A program made the position numbers and the translations under genes. Positions 8,457 through 21,695 of a stretch of 64,000 bases of DNA are shown in pieces. Origin of the DNA: Epithemia pelagica (Eukaryota > Protista > Bacillariophyta). The stretch lies in the NCBI GenBank assembly GCA_946965045.2, contig OX337235.1:3348001-3412000 (forward strand). The letters are read 5' to 3'. The notes below the pieces were generated by a model, which did no database searches, was not told the origin of the DNA, and saw only the letters and a program-made list of their open reading frames with translations. How positions within the stretch are numbered: the stretch's first letter is position 1; each line of letters opens with the position of its first letter.

Positions 8457-11400
8457 GTACTCGTACAAAAGTGGCGACAGTCCAGAAACGAGTACCACAA
8501 TCAAGAGAGATTTCAAACCTTACCATGAATTTTCTCTCCGTCCCTTTCTGTCCGATATCTGCGTTTGGAAACCGAACCATCACAGTCATGTCCGGTCTGA
8601 CTGTTGGCTTTACCGGGTCGTACATCTTTTCACAAACCATTTTACGCGGTGGATTGGTATTTGTATCATGGCCCTGTACCTCTTTTTTGTCCTATCTCCC
8701 CTGAATTTGTTGGAATGGTCACCCCTCTTTTTCTTGGACAGTACCTTGATTTTTATCGGCTACGATCTCTTGTACGAATGGTTGATTGAAATTCGAGACC
8801 GCATCTTGTGGTTTGAGTACGCGCTCATTTGGGGCACCTTTGTGGCCATTCAAATCGTGGGGGTTGATGTCGGAATTTTGGTTGGTGTCGTGTCGGCCAT
8901 GGTGGAACAGGCCTTGTCCACGGCGCAAACCACCACGGTCCTGTGTGTCCCCAAACGATCCAAGGCGGTCTGGAGTCGCGAGGAAATGCAACTCTTGCAT
9001 CGACATGTCTATCAACAAAATGACAGTACACGTCCCATTGTCACGTTGGAATTGATGGGACCAGTCTTTTTTGGCTCCGCCCTCTATCTCATGGAACGAC
9101 TCTTGCACGAAGTGGGCCTTTCGACGACCCTCGACCATGGCAACAACCACAACAACACCAAGGAAAGGATACAGAGCAACGGAAATGACACAAGGACGGA
9201 CAATGGGCCATTCAAGGGATCCCCCGCCATTCCCCATAGTCCACGGACGTCGCCGTACTTTGTGGCGCTCAACAAACGACCGTCCTTGTTTCATCAAGAC
9301 GTTGCGTCGACCGTCTCCCACGGCCCCAACCATCACACGACCACTAGTGGCGGCTCGATTCCCCGGTGCAGTCCTCCCAAATATTGCGTCTTGGATTTGA
9401 CGCAAGTGTCCAACATGGATGCCTCGTCGGCTCGTTCGTGCTTTGTTCAGTTTGCCAAATTGTGCAGTCAAGAGGGTATTACGGTCTGTGCCTCGGGTGC
9501 TACACCCCGCATTGCCTGGATGCTACGGACGCATCAAGCCGCGTATCCACTCCAAGAGGAAGAAGAACGAATCAAGGCGACCTTGTGGCACGTGACAAAA
9601 ACATGCTCGACCACCACCTCCTCCAAATCCTTGCAATCCCCGACGTTCCAACACCCCAAAGTGGACAAGATTCTCCTATTTCATACCACCCATGAAGCCT
9701 TGGAGTTTTGTGAAGCAAGTTTGATTCATGAATTTCAAAGTCAATCCACGTCGTTGTCCCAGACTAGTTCATCCGTCATGTCGGCGTCCCTAGGTTCGGC
9801 CAACAAGGACACGACACTCTCTTCCATTTTGGGACGATTTCTCTTGGCCGGTTCCATTGCCACGGGCTACTCCCCCGAGGAGCTGCTCATTATTTTACAA
9901 CGACTCGACAGTCAACGATACCATTCGGAATTGGAGTACCAGGCGGGCGAGAAAATCATGGCCCAAGATACCCGACCGGAATCCTTTTATGTCGTGCTGG
10001 AAGGAGCAGTGGCCAGTGGTGCCGCCACGCCCGAATCCGTTCAACGACATCGACAACCCATTGTGTCGGGAGCCGGGCCCGTGCACTTGACGCAAAGTTC
10101 GAGTTTTACCAATTTGCTGGATGCGCTACCACTGGCATTTGGAGGACGGGGACAGGACGGTGCGGAATTCACAGCGACGACGACGACGACCGCAAACCCG
10201 ACCGGAATACCGCCACCACGCCAACCATTTCATCCCACCACAGTCCTCCGCAGACATGTCTACCGACGGCCAACTCTCAGCTCTCTCTTGACATGTCCCG
10301 TGTACGTTGCTTCTTGATTCACTCTCGCGAACAGTATCCTATTCCATTATCGGACTACTGTAACTCCAATGCTTATCTCCTTCATGTATATCTTGGATCA
10401 CGACGCAGAGGAGTTGTACAAAGAACATTTCGTTGCTTTCTTCCTGGTTTCCACCTTTTCCGTTTCGTGCGTTGCACAGTTTCTTGTCAAATCAGAGACT
10501 CAAAAGAAATAGGAGGACTTAGACATGAAAGAACGGATTTACTCCTAGTATTTAGTTGCTTGTCGCAGAAACGGTGATGAAAGGTGCAAACTTGTCAAGC
10601 GACGTCTGCTACGTTTTACGTTTGCCAAAAGAGCCATCCCTTTATTCTCACAAAGTTGTGCCAAGTACCCTCTACTGTCTCTCTGAAGGCGTTCAGAGTA
10701 ACCAGAAATCAGAAACGACTCTCTTCACGTTTTAGGGTCCGGTGTCCGTTCCTCCTTCATCATTCCATTAATCGACCATCATCTAGATTGGAGAATGAGG
10801 TGGAAAGGTAGGTGGGATAGTTTCTTTCCTCAAAATACACCTTAGAGGCCAAACCATTCATATGTTAATTAGCAAAGAATACCTTGTAGCAACAAGAACG
10901 CTTGAGCAATCCATTTGGCAGAGCGCTTCTTTGCTGCTGACGTACTTTTCTTCTAGATTCACAGAAAAATCTTGAGAAGGCTTCATTCTTCGAGAAATGC
11001 AATGAATAACGAATCCCATCCTTGCTCTTTTGGAAAATATTCATAAGCTTACTACGGTAGGTAGTTATGCTATTGTCGTGGTAATCAGCAGTCTTCTCAA
11101 CCAAAGGATACCGAAAAACCCATGTGACTTGGAAAACAGAAAACAAGAGGACGCCGAAAGAGAGGATGGAATGGGTGTCTATTTCCGATCACACCAAGAA
11201 AGGAATCGTATCACAGTCGCCAGGTAAGAGATGGATCCTCCATGAAACGCCTTGTGTACCATCGACTGTCATATGAAGTCCAAGGCTTGCCTCAGATTGG
11301 CCTTGGCGCTCTTTTCAGTGCTAGAGTTTCCCGACTGCTGCCTACCACGGAGCCTGCAGTCAGTCGACAGTTTTTATTCCAATGGATGGATATGAGAAGT

Positions 11401-12074
11401 GCTTGCTAGTTGCAAACAAGTGGTGAAGAACCATGGCATCCAAAGCATCGATTTTGTGTTTGCCACATGCCGTGGACAAAGACCAATTGACGCCAGTACG
11501 ACAACTGCTCATTGGCAATTGGCATTGGAATTCACTCACCATTTTGGACACGCGGTCCGTCAAAGACATTCTGGTTCTCCAATTGATACAACCCACCCGT
11601 TGTACCCATTCCAAGACGACTAATGCCAATCACCAATACCAATACGACGAGTAGTCCACAAGTAGAAATAGTAGGATGGTGACGGAACACGTCATGTTTA
11701 CTCACAGCAATTGTGGAAGATCTCGCCCATTCATCCAACGCAACTAGAGTAGGGCAATAAGATGAATAAGTGGAATTAGGTGCTCCTCGTTTGCTGATCT
11801 GACCACCACTAGATTATCGAAAGCAATTCATGGTCTACTGGCGTTTCTTGGTTATGCACTCGCTACTGTCTTTTGGTTGACAAGTGAGTTGGCTTATTAT
11901 GTAAAGTCATGCTATCATTAAAGACAACACGTCGAGTAGAACATTGTGTAAGAAAGACATGGTGTGATGAATATTCAGTCATCCCTGAAAGACAGATCAG
12001 ATCTGTTTTAGGAATATGTTGCTTTTTTACGAGCAAAGAATGTGAGCACTTCCTCGTGTTAATGGTTCATTGAA

Positions 12075-13718
12075 TTATTGTCCCAGAAGCCGGGCCTTGA
12101 TTCTGGGAACATACGGGTCCATGAGGGGCCAAAGCGTAGATCCTTTCCAATCTGAAACATAATTGTCCAAATCCGCCGAATTTCGATAATGGACCAAAAG
12201 ACCTTGAGTGGTCGTATTGACCATGTAAACGCGAGGTTTTGTCCAATTCACGGTGAGGCGGGGATAGTGCACCACGTAGTGCAGAATCCGATCTGCTTTC
12301 ATTATCAGTTTGTTGTCTGAATGGTGCTTTCCCGTAAAGCATCGTCGGGCCTCCATGAGAAGGATCGTTGGGTCGTACGTTGTGTTGGTTCCATTGCACA
12401 TGGTGAAAACATGAGGACGAAAGTGCACAGCGTCCAATTCTTCCTCTTGAGGCGATTCCTCGAATACCTTATCTAGAAAGGCAACCAAATTCTTTTTAGT
12501 TGGTGAATGCACTGGAGCGGGCTCGCTGGAAGCAGTATTCGACAATGACACCATGGAAGAAGGGGGCGGAGGTACCGAACCCCCCTCGTCTCCGAGATAG
12601 ATAAACTCGTCCACATCCCAGTCTCCAAAGTAGCGCGTATACGGACCGTAACGATGCAGAGCACTCAATTCGGCAGCAAATTGTCCTCGTGCCACGGGCC
12701 ATCCCTCCGGGTTGAGGCAATAGGGATGAGGAAACCACACATATGTCACAATACCCCGACGAATATAGGGCAAGAGGAGCCTTCGTAACCGGCCAACAAC
12801 ATGTTCCTCTTCATTGTCGTAGACAATAAAGTGTTGGACACCAATCTCCAAGTGATATTCCATCCATTCCAACAAGTAGCGACCATGATCTTGAAAGACT
12901 CCATGTGTGTTATTTCTATCACTGATGTAGTTGCGTACAAAATTAGGGGTCAGAAGTCGGATAACCACCAACATGGTCATGCCATACTTTTTGTTTTGTG
13001 CATGCCCAAGAGCCAGATGGGTGGGAGTATCAGGCTGGTACCAAAGATTGGAGCAAACTGGAATATCCTTGATACTATCCCTTCCTTCCACTAATGCTGT
13101 ACTTGCGACCTCGGGCTTTCTGGGAGGATCATTTTCTTCGACTTGAAGTTCATCATGAATGGCATAGAGTGAAACTGTCAAATCTGTTGATTGTGATCCC
13201 ACAGTGGTCACATTCGTGCGCAATTCCATCGGGATGGTGCATCGAAAGGAAAAGGAGGGAGTCCAGTCATCGCCGTTGGGATGTACGTAGTCACTCCAAA
13301 CTTTGTGATTACCTGGTTGAAACTCGCATAAGAATCGGACTCGATTCTTGGGTGAATAAAAGAACTTTTGATTGTATGATGCATAGCCTGGTTCGCAGCC
13401 ACTGCTGGCCAGGGCGACAAAGACCACATGCGTTTGCGTGGCATCTTGAAAGACATCTGACAAGTAGGGCAGTCCGGAATCATTTTGAGGTAGCGGAAAA
13501 GATTGAAAGTAACATTGTCGTAGACGCTGTTGAAGAGGAGGACTATTCTCACTGCTTTTACTGATTGCATGGCGGTTGGCGACCTCAGCTTCAAGCTCTG
13601 CTGCACATTGGTAAAAAAGGCCCAGAAATCCCGTGAGCATAACTTGGGCTATCACAAGTATCGTGACGACAGACGAGAGTAAGATTTTCCTCTGATTTCC
13701 TGCTGTCCAGCTCCTCAT
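12075..13718 (-). CDS. GT92/DUF23-like glycosyltransferase, type II membrane protein, 547 aa (copy 1)
   Basis: YLLEWMEYHLEIGVQHFIVYDN and GDWDVDEF motifs. An N-terminal hydrophobic anchor follows the ATG at 13718 (MRSWTAG...). Confidence 0.88.
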   Translation of the reverse strand: MRSWTAGNQRKILLSSVVTILVIAQVMLTGFLGLFYQCAAELEAEVANRHAISKSSENSPPLQQRLRQCYFQSFPLPQNDSGLPYLSDVFQDATQTHVVFVALASSGCEPGYASYNQKFFYSPKNRVRFLCEFQPGNHKVWSDYVHPNGDDWTPSFSFRCTIPMELRTNVTTVGSQSTDLTVSLYAIHDELQVEENDPPRKPEVASTALVEGRDSIKDIPVCSNLWYQPDTPTHLALGHAQNKKYGMTMLVVIRLLTPNFVRNYISDRNNTHGVFQDHGRYLLEWMEYHLEIGVQHFIVYDNEEEHVVGRLRRLLLPYIRRGIVTYVWFPHPYCLNPEGWPVARGQFAAELSALHRYGPYTRYFGDWDVDEFIYLGDEGGSVPPPPSSMVSLSNTASSEPAPVHSPTKKNLVAFLDKVFEESPQEEELDAVHFRPHVFTMCNGTNTTYDPTILLMEARRCFTGKHHSDNKLIMKADRILHYVVHYPRLTVNWTKPRVYMVNTTTQGLLVHYRNSADLDNYVSDWKGSTLWPLMDPYVPRIKARLLGQ

Positions 13719-13762
13719 TGTTTCAATCGTCTTTATGACAATGTACAAATACCTCGACCGTC

Positions 13763-14076
13763 TAGCAGAGTGCACTAGATGCTGAGAGGCAGAATTGTGA
13801 TGTATCAGGAGAGAGGTGAGGGTAATTGGCTCATGATGAAACGATATTCCTACCCAGGTTCGGTTGCTCGGATGGATCTTGGTTCGACACGAATAAGCCC
13901 TATATGGAAGCACATGCTTCCGCGTAGCAGAGTGCACTACCTATTGATGTTGAGAGGCAGAATTGGTGAGATGAATCAGGAGAGAGGTGAGGGTAACTGG
14001 CTCATGATGAAACGATATTCCTACCCAGGTTCGGTTGGTGCTCGGTTCGACATGAATGGAAGCACATGCTTCCGCA
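13763..14076. repeat. Imperfect tandem duplication (162 + 152 bp) upstream of GT92 (also 29410-29723, 46426-46739)
   Basis: tagcagagtgcacta...ggaagcacatgcttccgc occurs twice. Confidence 0.9.
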
Positions 14077-14637
14077 TAGGGCTCGTGCTCCTCCCACCAA
14101 TGCGAGAAAATACATCACTATCTTCCACCGACCGGGATTCTATGTGGGTGCACCTGGCGCGCACAAAGTGCACATGCTCTACCGACGAGATCACAAAACC
14201 CAAAACTCTTCTATCCGTACTTTTGATTTTCAATCGCTTCTTCTATTCGTACCAAAAGAAAGATTATCCGAGAGTCGCCAGGTAAGCAACGCATCCTCCC
14301 GGAAAGGCTATTTTCTCAGGATAGATGAGTCAGAATTTGAAATCAATAGGCCGACTATACCTCTCAGTCCAAGGCACTCTCTATGGCTAGCACAAGGACT
14401 TGCTCCACCGGACTGCCTGCTTTTATCTCGATTGTTCTCGTCGTTTCATTCCATTTGTCAAGAGCGAGAAATCCCCTATTGCGCGCATCTTCTGGAGAGC
14501 GAAGAGGTTAGACTGTTGATGGTGCTATTTGCGCCGAGCGTCACGGATGATCATTCCTTTCAAGGATACAGTGAGCTCAAGAATCATTTTCTTGGGCCTG
14601 TCGTGTTTTTGTTGTTTTTGTGCAAGTAGAGAATGTA

Positions 14638-16572
14638 CTATTGTTCTTCTTGCTGGTGCTGCAGGAGGAGCTGCTGTTTCTTGTCCTTGTCTTGCTGCAA
14701 GAGGTCTTCGGCCCATTGGGGAATGGGCAATCCAAGCAGCACATAATCAATGCACATGTATTCCAAAACCTTTTGCACTGTATGGGCATTGTAATAGCGT
14801 GTCACTCGTGCCGTGGGTCTTGCACTAGTACGTGTCGGCATTGTCTTGGTTGTGTCAGGGTCGTGGTGACTGTCGTCCATCACCTTTTGTTCCTTGTCCA
14901 TCCATGCAGTTGTAGATGCCGTTGTTGTTGTATCGGAAAGATTAAAGAGGCGATTCATTAATTCTACAAAGTGTCGAGTGTTGGTAGAAGAATGACGATC
15001 CACAACAATTTGTTTCAATTGATGCAAATCGTCCGTCCCCAGCATACCTAAGAAACGCAAGCAAAAAGTGTTAGTCATATGGAATTCCCATCGCTATGCA
15101 TTGAATTTGAGCTCTCGTCCATAATGATACGTACCCACAAAGTCATAGTCGGTCAACAAGTTGCGAAACAAGCCTTGACAATACAGCGCTTGGGGATAGA
15201 AATGAACATTCCAAGACATGGAAAAGACGTCGACGTAGAATTGAAACCACAATGCATGTTTGGCACTGTCAAAATCCAAATCACCCGTAATGGCGCGATG
15301 ATGTTGATTGTATTGTTTCACATTGGGCGGTTGCAATGGTTTGTCATTTTGGTGTTTTGTCTTTGTTTTGGTTGTCCTTGTTTTATTCATCAAGGGCGGC
15401 GGCAAGAGGTTGGTTCGTCCACTGGCATGATGTTCATACCATTGGACTTGATCCGTGGAAGCTCCAAACAGGAGATTGGGTTGACAATGATGTGCTTGGA
15501 AGCGGGTGGCACCGGTACACTTGTCGACAAAGGCCGACAAGAACCGTTCCAAGGGATCGCGCAACAAGACGGCACGAGTGACACGACGACGAGTGCCGTT
15601 GGTGGTGGATGACGACAATGGCAAGTAACACTGTTTGGCGCGTCGAGTCGTATTCATATTCTTAGTTGTGGTGGTGGTACCGTTGGTTGGTTGAAAATAG
15701 TCCGGATCATTAAGTTCACATTGCAAGCGTCTCCATCGACTGCTGGATACTTTTTCAATGGCACAAAAACGAAGCAACTGGTCGGACTGATTCTTGGTCA
15801 CGTCATGGTTATCATTGGAATTGGACAAGCGAATCCACAAATCATGAAAGCCGGCATGCAAATCGGAATAGGGAGACGCATCGCGCATCAAGGTTTGAAA
15901 CCACCAAGGCCACAATGCGCGAGTGGTGGACGTACCCCGTTCGCGCAAATGACGCAAACACTCTTCGTATTCGAAACGGTTGGTATCCTCGTCCTTGTTG
16001 TTGTTGTTGCTGCTGTTGGATGCATTGATATTTGGACTGGTTTCTGACAATGTTTCATTGGAAGCTTGTTGTTCCAGACAGGTTTGCAAATGACGATAGG
16101 TTTCTTCAAAGGCCGTGGTGACAATTTGCCAGGCCAAGGGTGTCGTTGTGCGATGAATTCGATGCCACTCCCAGGCTTGTCGTCGTCGTTCGGTCGAGGC
16201 ACCAGGTACAGTGTCGTCGGACTTTGTGGTACTGTTCCATACGGATGAGGACGATGCGGACCCTGTGGTTGCCGGTCGAATATTCATCCAGGGGCTCTTG
16301 TGGTTTGGTTTCGTTTCGTCCTGGATCATTCCAGGAGTATTGGTAATGAACTCCCTACGACGACTCGTATACGAATCGACGAGAGGATGGGATTGTCGCA
16401 CCAGCATCCAATGTTGAATCACCAAGAGTCCCAAGGAGCATCCCAGTGCAATCGCCAATCCCCATACTAGTAGTGTTGGAGAAGATGGTGACGACGGCAC
16501 TCGTTTTAGTCGTGGTACAGCAGGAGACTGTCTTGTGGTGTGGTGGTAGAAATGGTGGTAACTGGACGACAT
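14638..16572 (-). CDS. Carbohydrate sulfotransferase (Sulfotransfer_2-like), 2 exons (16572-15135, 15047-14638), about 615 aa (copy 1)
   Basis: 5'-PSB FCAIEKVSSSRW, 3'-PB RDPLERFLSAFVDK, HFYPQ, YDFVG and C-terminal YYN...DY..LG.PIPQW. N-terminal TM anchor. The 87-nt intron GTACGT...CTAAC...TAG joins the two ORFs in frame. Confidence 0.9.
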
Positions 16573-17169
16573 TTGCTTGCTGGTTGGTTTGTTTGTGGCG
16601 CAGTAATCGAACGACAAGACGAAACAAGAGAGAAGAGGTGTCCCCCTCGATGAAAAGGTGCTCCAGAAGAAATAATGCGCGCCAGAGATTTTAATGGTCC
16701 CCCGGCGCTTCGTCCAAGACCAAGCGTGCCCAACAAGGTCACATAACAGAGGTGTGACGTCGCCGATCCGCGAGCGCGAGCGGGTGGAGACCAGACGTTG
16801 CGACAGAGGTGCGCCCTGCGAGAGATTTATTGGTCATGGCCCATCACCGACCAACATGTCATGCAGGAATCTCCAACAACAAAAAATGGAATTGCAACAC
16901 TCTTGGTGTTACTCAATTCCTTTGTGTTTGCAGATCGTCGCCTTTGCTTTTATATACCCGCAATAGACAACTACGAATTATTGGATAACGTTGTGGACAA
17001 GAGGACTCGTCTCGAAATCGGATTCTGTTCCCTTTCCGTCGCATTCTTGCAAGTGAGGAAATCATATACTTCTGTGATCACCACGAGAATCTCTGTATCA
17101 GAAAGCGTACAACCAAAGCATCGGTTTCATTCCTCCCCACAAAGAAGAAGAAGAAGAACCCTTTTTACC

Positions 17170-20100
17170 ATGGACCACGAGTCAGTGGGTCGGTCCCCAC
17201 ATGATTCATTGGCGGAAGAACAGACACCGTTGTTGTCCTTGTCATCCTCCTTTCCAGGTCGTTCCAATCCTTCCTTGTTACAAAGGAACAACGACAGCTC
17301 TTGGAATGGAACTCAGCTGATTCCTCCCCTCCACCATGCAACTACAAATCCTTCCGGTCCAGAGGGTACAACAACAACAGCAACAACATTTGGTGAGACG
17401 AATACGCTGGCACCCTTGCAAGGCTACCTTTCTCATTCGTGGAGAGACGCAATTCACACAAACAAGAAGGAACCTTACAACAAGAGTCTTGTGCAAGACG
17501 AGGACGATTTAGAGCCTGGTGGTGGTCGCCGTCGTCGACCACGTCTCCGTCCTCGTTCTCCCTCCACCCAGCAGTCCTTCTTCTCGTTGTGGTCGAGTGG
17601 TTGTTCCTGGTGCTGGTCGCATTCGCAACGAGTCAGTCGTGTCTTGATTTATGCTGCCATCAATCTCTTATTGGCTGTGCCGGGTTTGTATGGGTATGCG
17701 GCGGTCATTTTCAATCATGCCGTTTTTCGTCCCTACACCAATGCCTTGGCTAAATTGGTCTTGTGGTCCAGTTTGGTCCATCAAGCTGGATTCCTCTGCT
17801 GTTCGAGTTTGAGTGGCTTTGCCATTGGGACTGTCCAAGATGCCGGTTTGGTCTTTTTGTCCCGCATGAGTCATGACATTGCCACGCAAATGACGCTCCG
17901 GTACCAACGCGATGACTCCTACTTTGTGCATGCGCTGGAACCACAACAAGGTCTCTCGACGAACGACACGAATGATAGCAGCAGCAGCAGTAGCGTCATA
18001 CTGGATCAAGCCATTGTTTCGACCACAGTGGTTCTCTTATCCTTGAGTACGGCCTTGTTGGGTGTTTGCTTGGTCTTGATGGGACATTTTCGACTCGCCC
18101 ATGGCATTGTTTCCTACTTGCCCATGCCCGTGGTGGGAGGTTATTTGGCCTTTATTGGATACTTTTGTGTTCAGGCCGGTGTCGCCCTGGCCATTTCCAC
18201 CCCGCTGGTCACCTTGCGCGATTGGGTGACGCAAGTCTTGTTCCGGACCGATCATTTGCTACTGGCACTGCCCGCTTGTGTCGCAGGATTGGTCTTGACC
18301 TGGGTGGCCCGAACAGGACATGCCACGGGGCAGGCCAGTCTCTTGCCAGCCTGCATGGTTGCCATTCCCGCCCTCTTTTATGTCATTGTCTTTGTTCATT
18401 ATCGTTGGACGACTCACGACACGGACAAGGAGTCTTCTTCGTCGTCTTCCTTTTTGGATACGGCCCGCACTCATGGCTGGGTCGGACCCGTGGCACCTCC
18501 CACACCCGTGTCCGAGTTGGTCCAATTGATTCATTGGCAATGGATTGATTGGTCCATGATTTCGCACATTGGTGGAACCTGGGTGGGTATGGTCTTGGTC
18601 GTCTCCTTTGCTTCCTGTCTCGATGTAGCGGCCATTGCCATGGATATGGGACGTCCGCTCGATACCAATCGCGAATTGCGGACCGTTGGAATTTGCAATG
18701 GTACGTACAAAAGTGGCAACAGTCCCGAAACGAGTACCACACAACAAGAGAGATTTCAAAACTTACACCATGAATTATTTCTCCTTGCCGTGTGCCCCAT
18801 TTTTGCGTTTGAAAACCGAACCATTACAGTCATGTCCGGTCTGACTGTTGGCTTTACCGGATCGTACATTTTTTCCCAAACCATTTTCACCTACCGGACC
18901 GGTGTTCATACCCGGTGAATTGGTATTTGTATCATGGCCCTGTACCTCTTTTTTGTCCTCTCTCCCCTGAATTTGTTGGAATGGTCACCCCTCTTTTTCT
19001 TGGGCAGTACCTTGATTTTTATCGGCTACGATCTCTTGTACGAATGGTTGATTGAAATTCGAGACCGCATCTTGTGGTTTGAGTACGCGCTCATTTAAGG
19101 CACCTTTGTGGCCATTCAAATCGTGGGGGTTGATGTCGGAATTTTGGTAGGTGTCGTGTCGGCCATGGTGGAACAGGCCTTGTCCACGGCGCAAACCACC
19201 ACGGTCCTGTGTGTCCCCAAACGATCCAAGGCGGTCTGGAGTCGCGAGGAAATGCAACTCTTGCATCGACATGTCTATCAACAAAATGACAGTACACGTC
19301 CCATTGTCACGTTGGAATTGATGGGACCAGTCTTTTTTGGCTCCGCCCTCTATCTCATGGAACGACTCTTGCACGAAGTGGGCCTTTCGACGACCCTCGA
19401 CCATAACAACAACCACAACAACACCAAGGAAAGGATACAGAGCAACGGAAATGACACAAGGACGGACAATGGGCCATTCAAGGGATCCCCCGCCATTCCC
19501 CATAGTCCACGGACGTCGCCGTACTTTGTGGCGCTCAACAAACGACCGTCCTTGTTTCATCAAGACGTTGCGTCGACCGTCTCCCACGGCCCCAACCATC
19601 ACACGACCACTAGTGGCGGCTCGATTCCCCGGCGCAGTCCTCCCAAATATTGCGTCTTGGATTTGACGCAAGTGTCCAACATGGATGCCTCGTCGGCTCG
19701 TTCGTGCTTTGTTCAGTTTGCCAAATTGTGCAGTCAAGAGGGTATCACGGTCTGTGCCTCGGGTGCTACACCCCGCATTGCCTGGATGCTACGGACGCAT
19801 CAAGCCGCGTATCCACTCCAAGAGGAAGAAGAACGAATCAAGGCGACCTTGTGGCACGTGACAAAAACATGCTCGACCACCACCTCCTCCAAATCCTTGC
19901 AATCCCCGACGTTCCAACACCCCAAAGTGGACAAGATTCTCCTATTTCATACCACCCATGAAGCCTTGGAGTTTTTTGAAGCAAGTTTGATTCATGAATT
20001 TCAAAGTCAATCCACGTCGTTGTCCCAGACTAGTTCATCCGTCATGTCGGCGTCCCTAGGTTCGGCCAACAAGGACACGACACTCTCTTCCATTTTGGGA

Positions 20101-20793
20101 CGATTTCTCTTGGCCGGTTCCATTGCCACGGGCTACTCCCCCGAGGAGCTGCTCATTATTTTACAACGACTCGACAGTCAACGATACCATTCGGAATTGG
20201 AGTACCAGGCGGGCGAGAAAATCATGGCCCAAGATACCCGACCGGAATCCTTTTATGTCGTGCTGGAAGGAGCAGTGGCCAGTGGTGCCGCCACGCCCGA
20301 ATCCGTTCAACGACATCGACAACCCATTGTGTCGGGAGCCGGGCCCGTGCACTTGACGCAAAGTTCGAGTTTTACCAATTTGCTGGATGCGCTACCACTG
20401 GCATTTGGAGGACGGGGACAGGACGGGGCGGAATTCACAGCGACGACGACGACGACCGCAAACCCGACCGGAATACCGCCACCACGCCAACCATTTCATC
20501 CCCATGCAGGCAGCTCGGGTGGTGGTAGTAGTGGCGGTGCGTACCATCCTCCAGTCGTGGTGGGTACTGTTTGGCCCCTGGGAGGTGTCTTTGGATTTAC
20601 CGATTTGTGGTTGGATCGACCTCGTACCTTTGGAGCCTTTGCCACGCAAGATCCGACCAGAGTCGCACGCATTACAAGATCGCACATGAATCTACTCCAA
20701 CAAGAAGATGCTCAACTTTTTGGATTGCTCCATCAAGTGTTGTTGCGCGCGAGTATCTTGGATTTGGCCAATTGCACCTGCCATGGAGTGTAG
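17170..20793 (+). pseudogene. SLC26/SulP-STAS-cNMP transporter type I copy 1, two nonsense mutations
   Basis: Collinear with the intact copy at 49865-53488. TGG to TGA at 18916-18918 and TGG to TAA at 19096-19098. Intron at 18701-18829. Confidence 0.92.
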
Positions 20794-21695
20794 CAACCTT
20801 CCAAAGAACACCAGAACGAAAGAAAAACCTCATCAGGATACCGTACAAAAATGGTTTCTTGGCATGTGTATTTTTTTGTGTCAATGAAGGGAGCTTATTG
20901 CAACTCCAGTATGTCCTCCAAGTCCAACAGAACAGTTAGTTCTTCATCGAGAACAATGGTTCCCAGAATTGAGGGAAGGGATGTGTAACTTGCCGAAAGA
21001 AGTTGAATGTCAAATGCGCGAACAAGGGTTCTTATATCTCTTGTTTGATGATGAGACAGTTTCACAGCCATGGTTGAGCTGCTGGTAATGATCTGGAACT
21101 TGGTGGGCTTGTGGTCTGGAATATTGGCTTGTGACCCGGGCTATTATTTGAATCCTTGAGCGAGCAACATATGCACGAGCAATCTTCAGGGTTTCAGCCA
21201 TGCAAGTCTCCGCTTCAGGGTCGAGGAGCTGTTGAAAAGGCTCTGGATACGGTGTCAGCATCATTGTCTTTGGTTCTCCTTTGTCTGGGCCCAGCGTACA
21301 ATACCTCCACCAGGAAGTCGTTGCCAGAGTTCTTCCGTCACAAAGGTCGTCATGAGATAAGGCAATTGAAGACCACTTTCTTGCTCCATGCACAGTGTTG
21401 TTTGTGTAGCCCGTCATGCCTTTTCGTTGTCATTGTATAGAATGGGCTTGGCTAGTCCCATATAATATGTGTTGCTTGAATCATCCATCCTATGCAAATA
21501 GGCTGCTTGTTATGAAAAAGGAGCTTTTCTCGAGTACTACTCACAGACTACTGGGCCAATTCACATGTAGTTAGATATATTATGGGTCATGCTGTCATAA
21601 ATGGGTTGGATTCCCTCCGTCTTCTATATCTCAATTGTTCACGTTGCGCGCACATTCCGATACAGCATCAAGTCACAGACACAATCATAGTGGAC

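Larger units (their letters stand above)
1933..10236 (+). pseudogene. Chimeric SLC26/SulP pseudogene type II, copy 1 (1933-2214 plus 8457-10236), split by the Copia element
   Basis: SLC26 fragments with two large deletions in the TM region, a 22-nt frameshifting deletion and a Copia insertion in the intron. The 3' end is cut at 10236. Confidence 0.9.

Noticed and set aside
8719-9471. Recurrent 250-aa antisense ORF (MTAQFGKLNK...) and many other 60-190 aa ORFs overlapping real genes
   Set aside because: These are shadow frames of GC-rich coding sequence. They recur only because the region is duplicated.
8413-10317. 634-aa LTR-SLC26 fusion ORF
   Set aside because: It begins at TTG in the LTR and passes through intron sequence in a non-coding frame. 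It is an accident of the insertion, although LTR-driven transcription of the downstream fragment is not excluded.
11960-11995. TGATGA...CTGA as a C/D-box snoRNA, plus the near-palindrome ACAGATCAGATCTGT
   Set aside because: The boxes are only about 15 nt apart with no terminal stem. Such short motifs are expected by chance.
10240-12070. Spacer Y as a coding region or TE remnant
   Set aside because: It has only short ORFs with no recognisable motifs and no terminal repeats or TSD that I could find.
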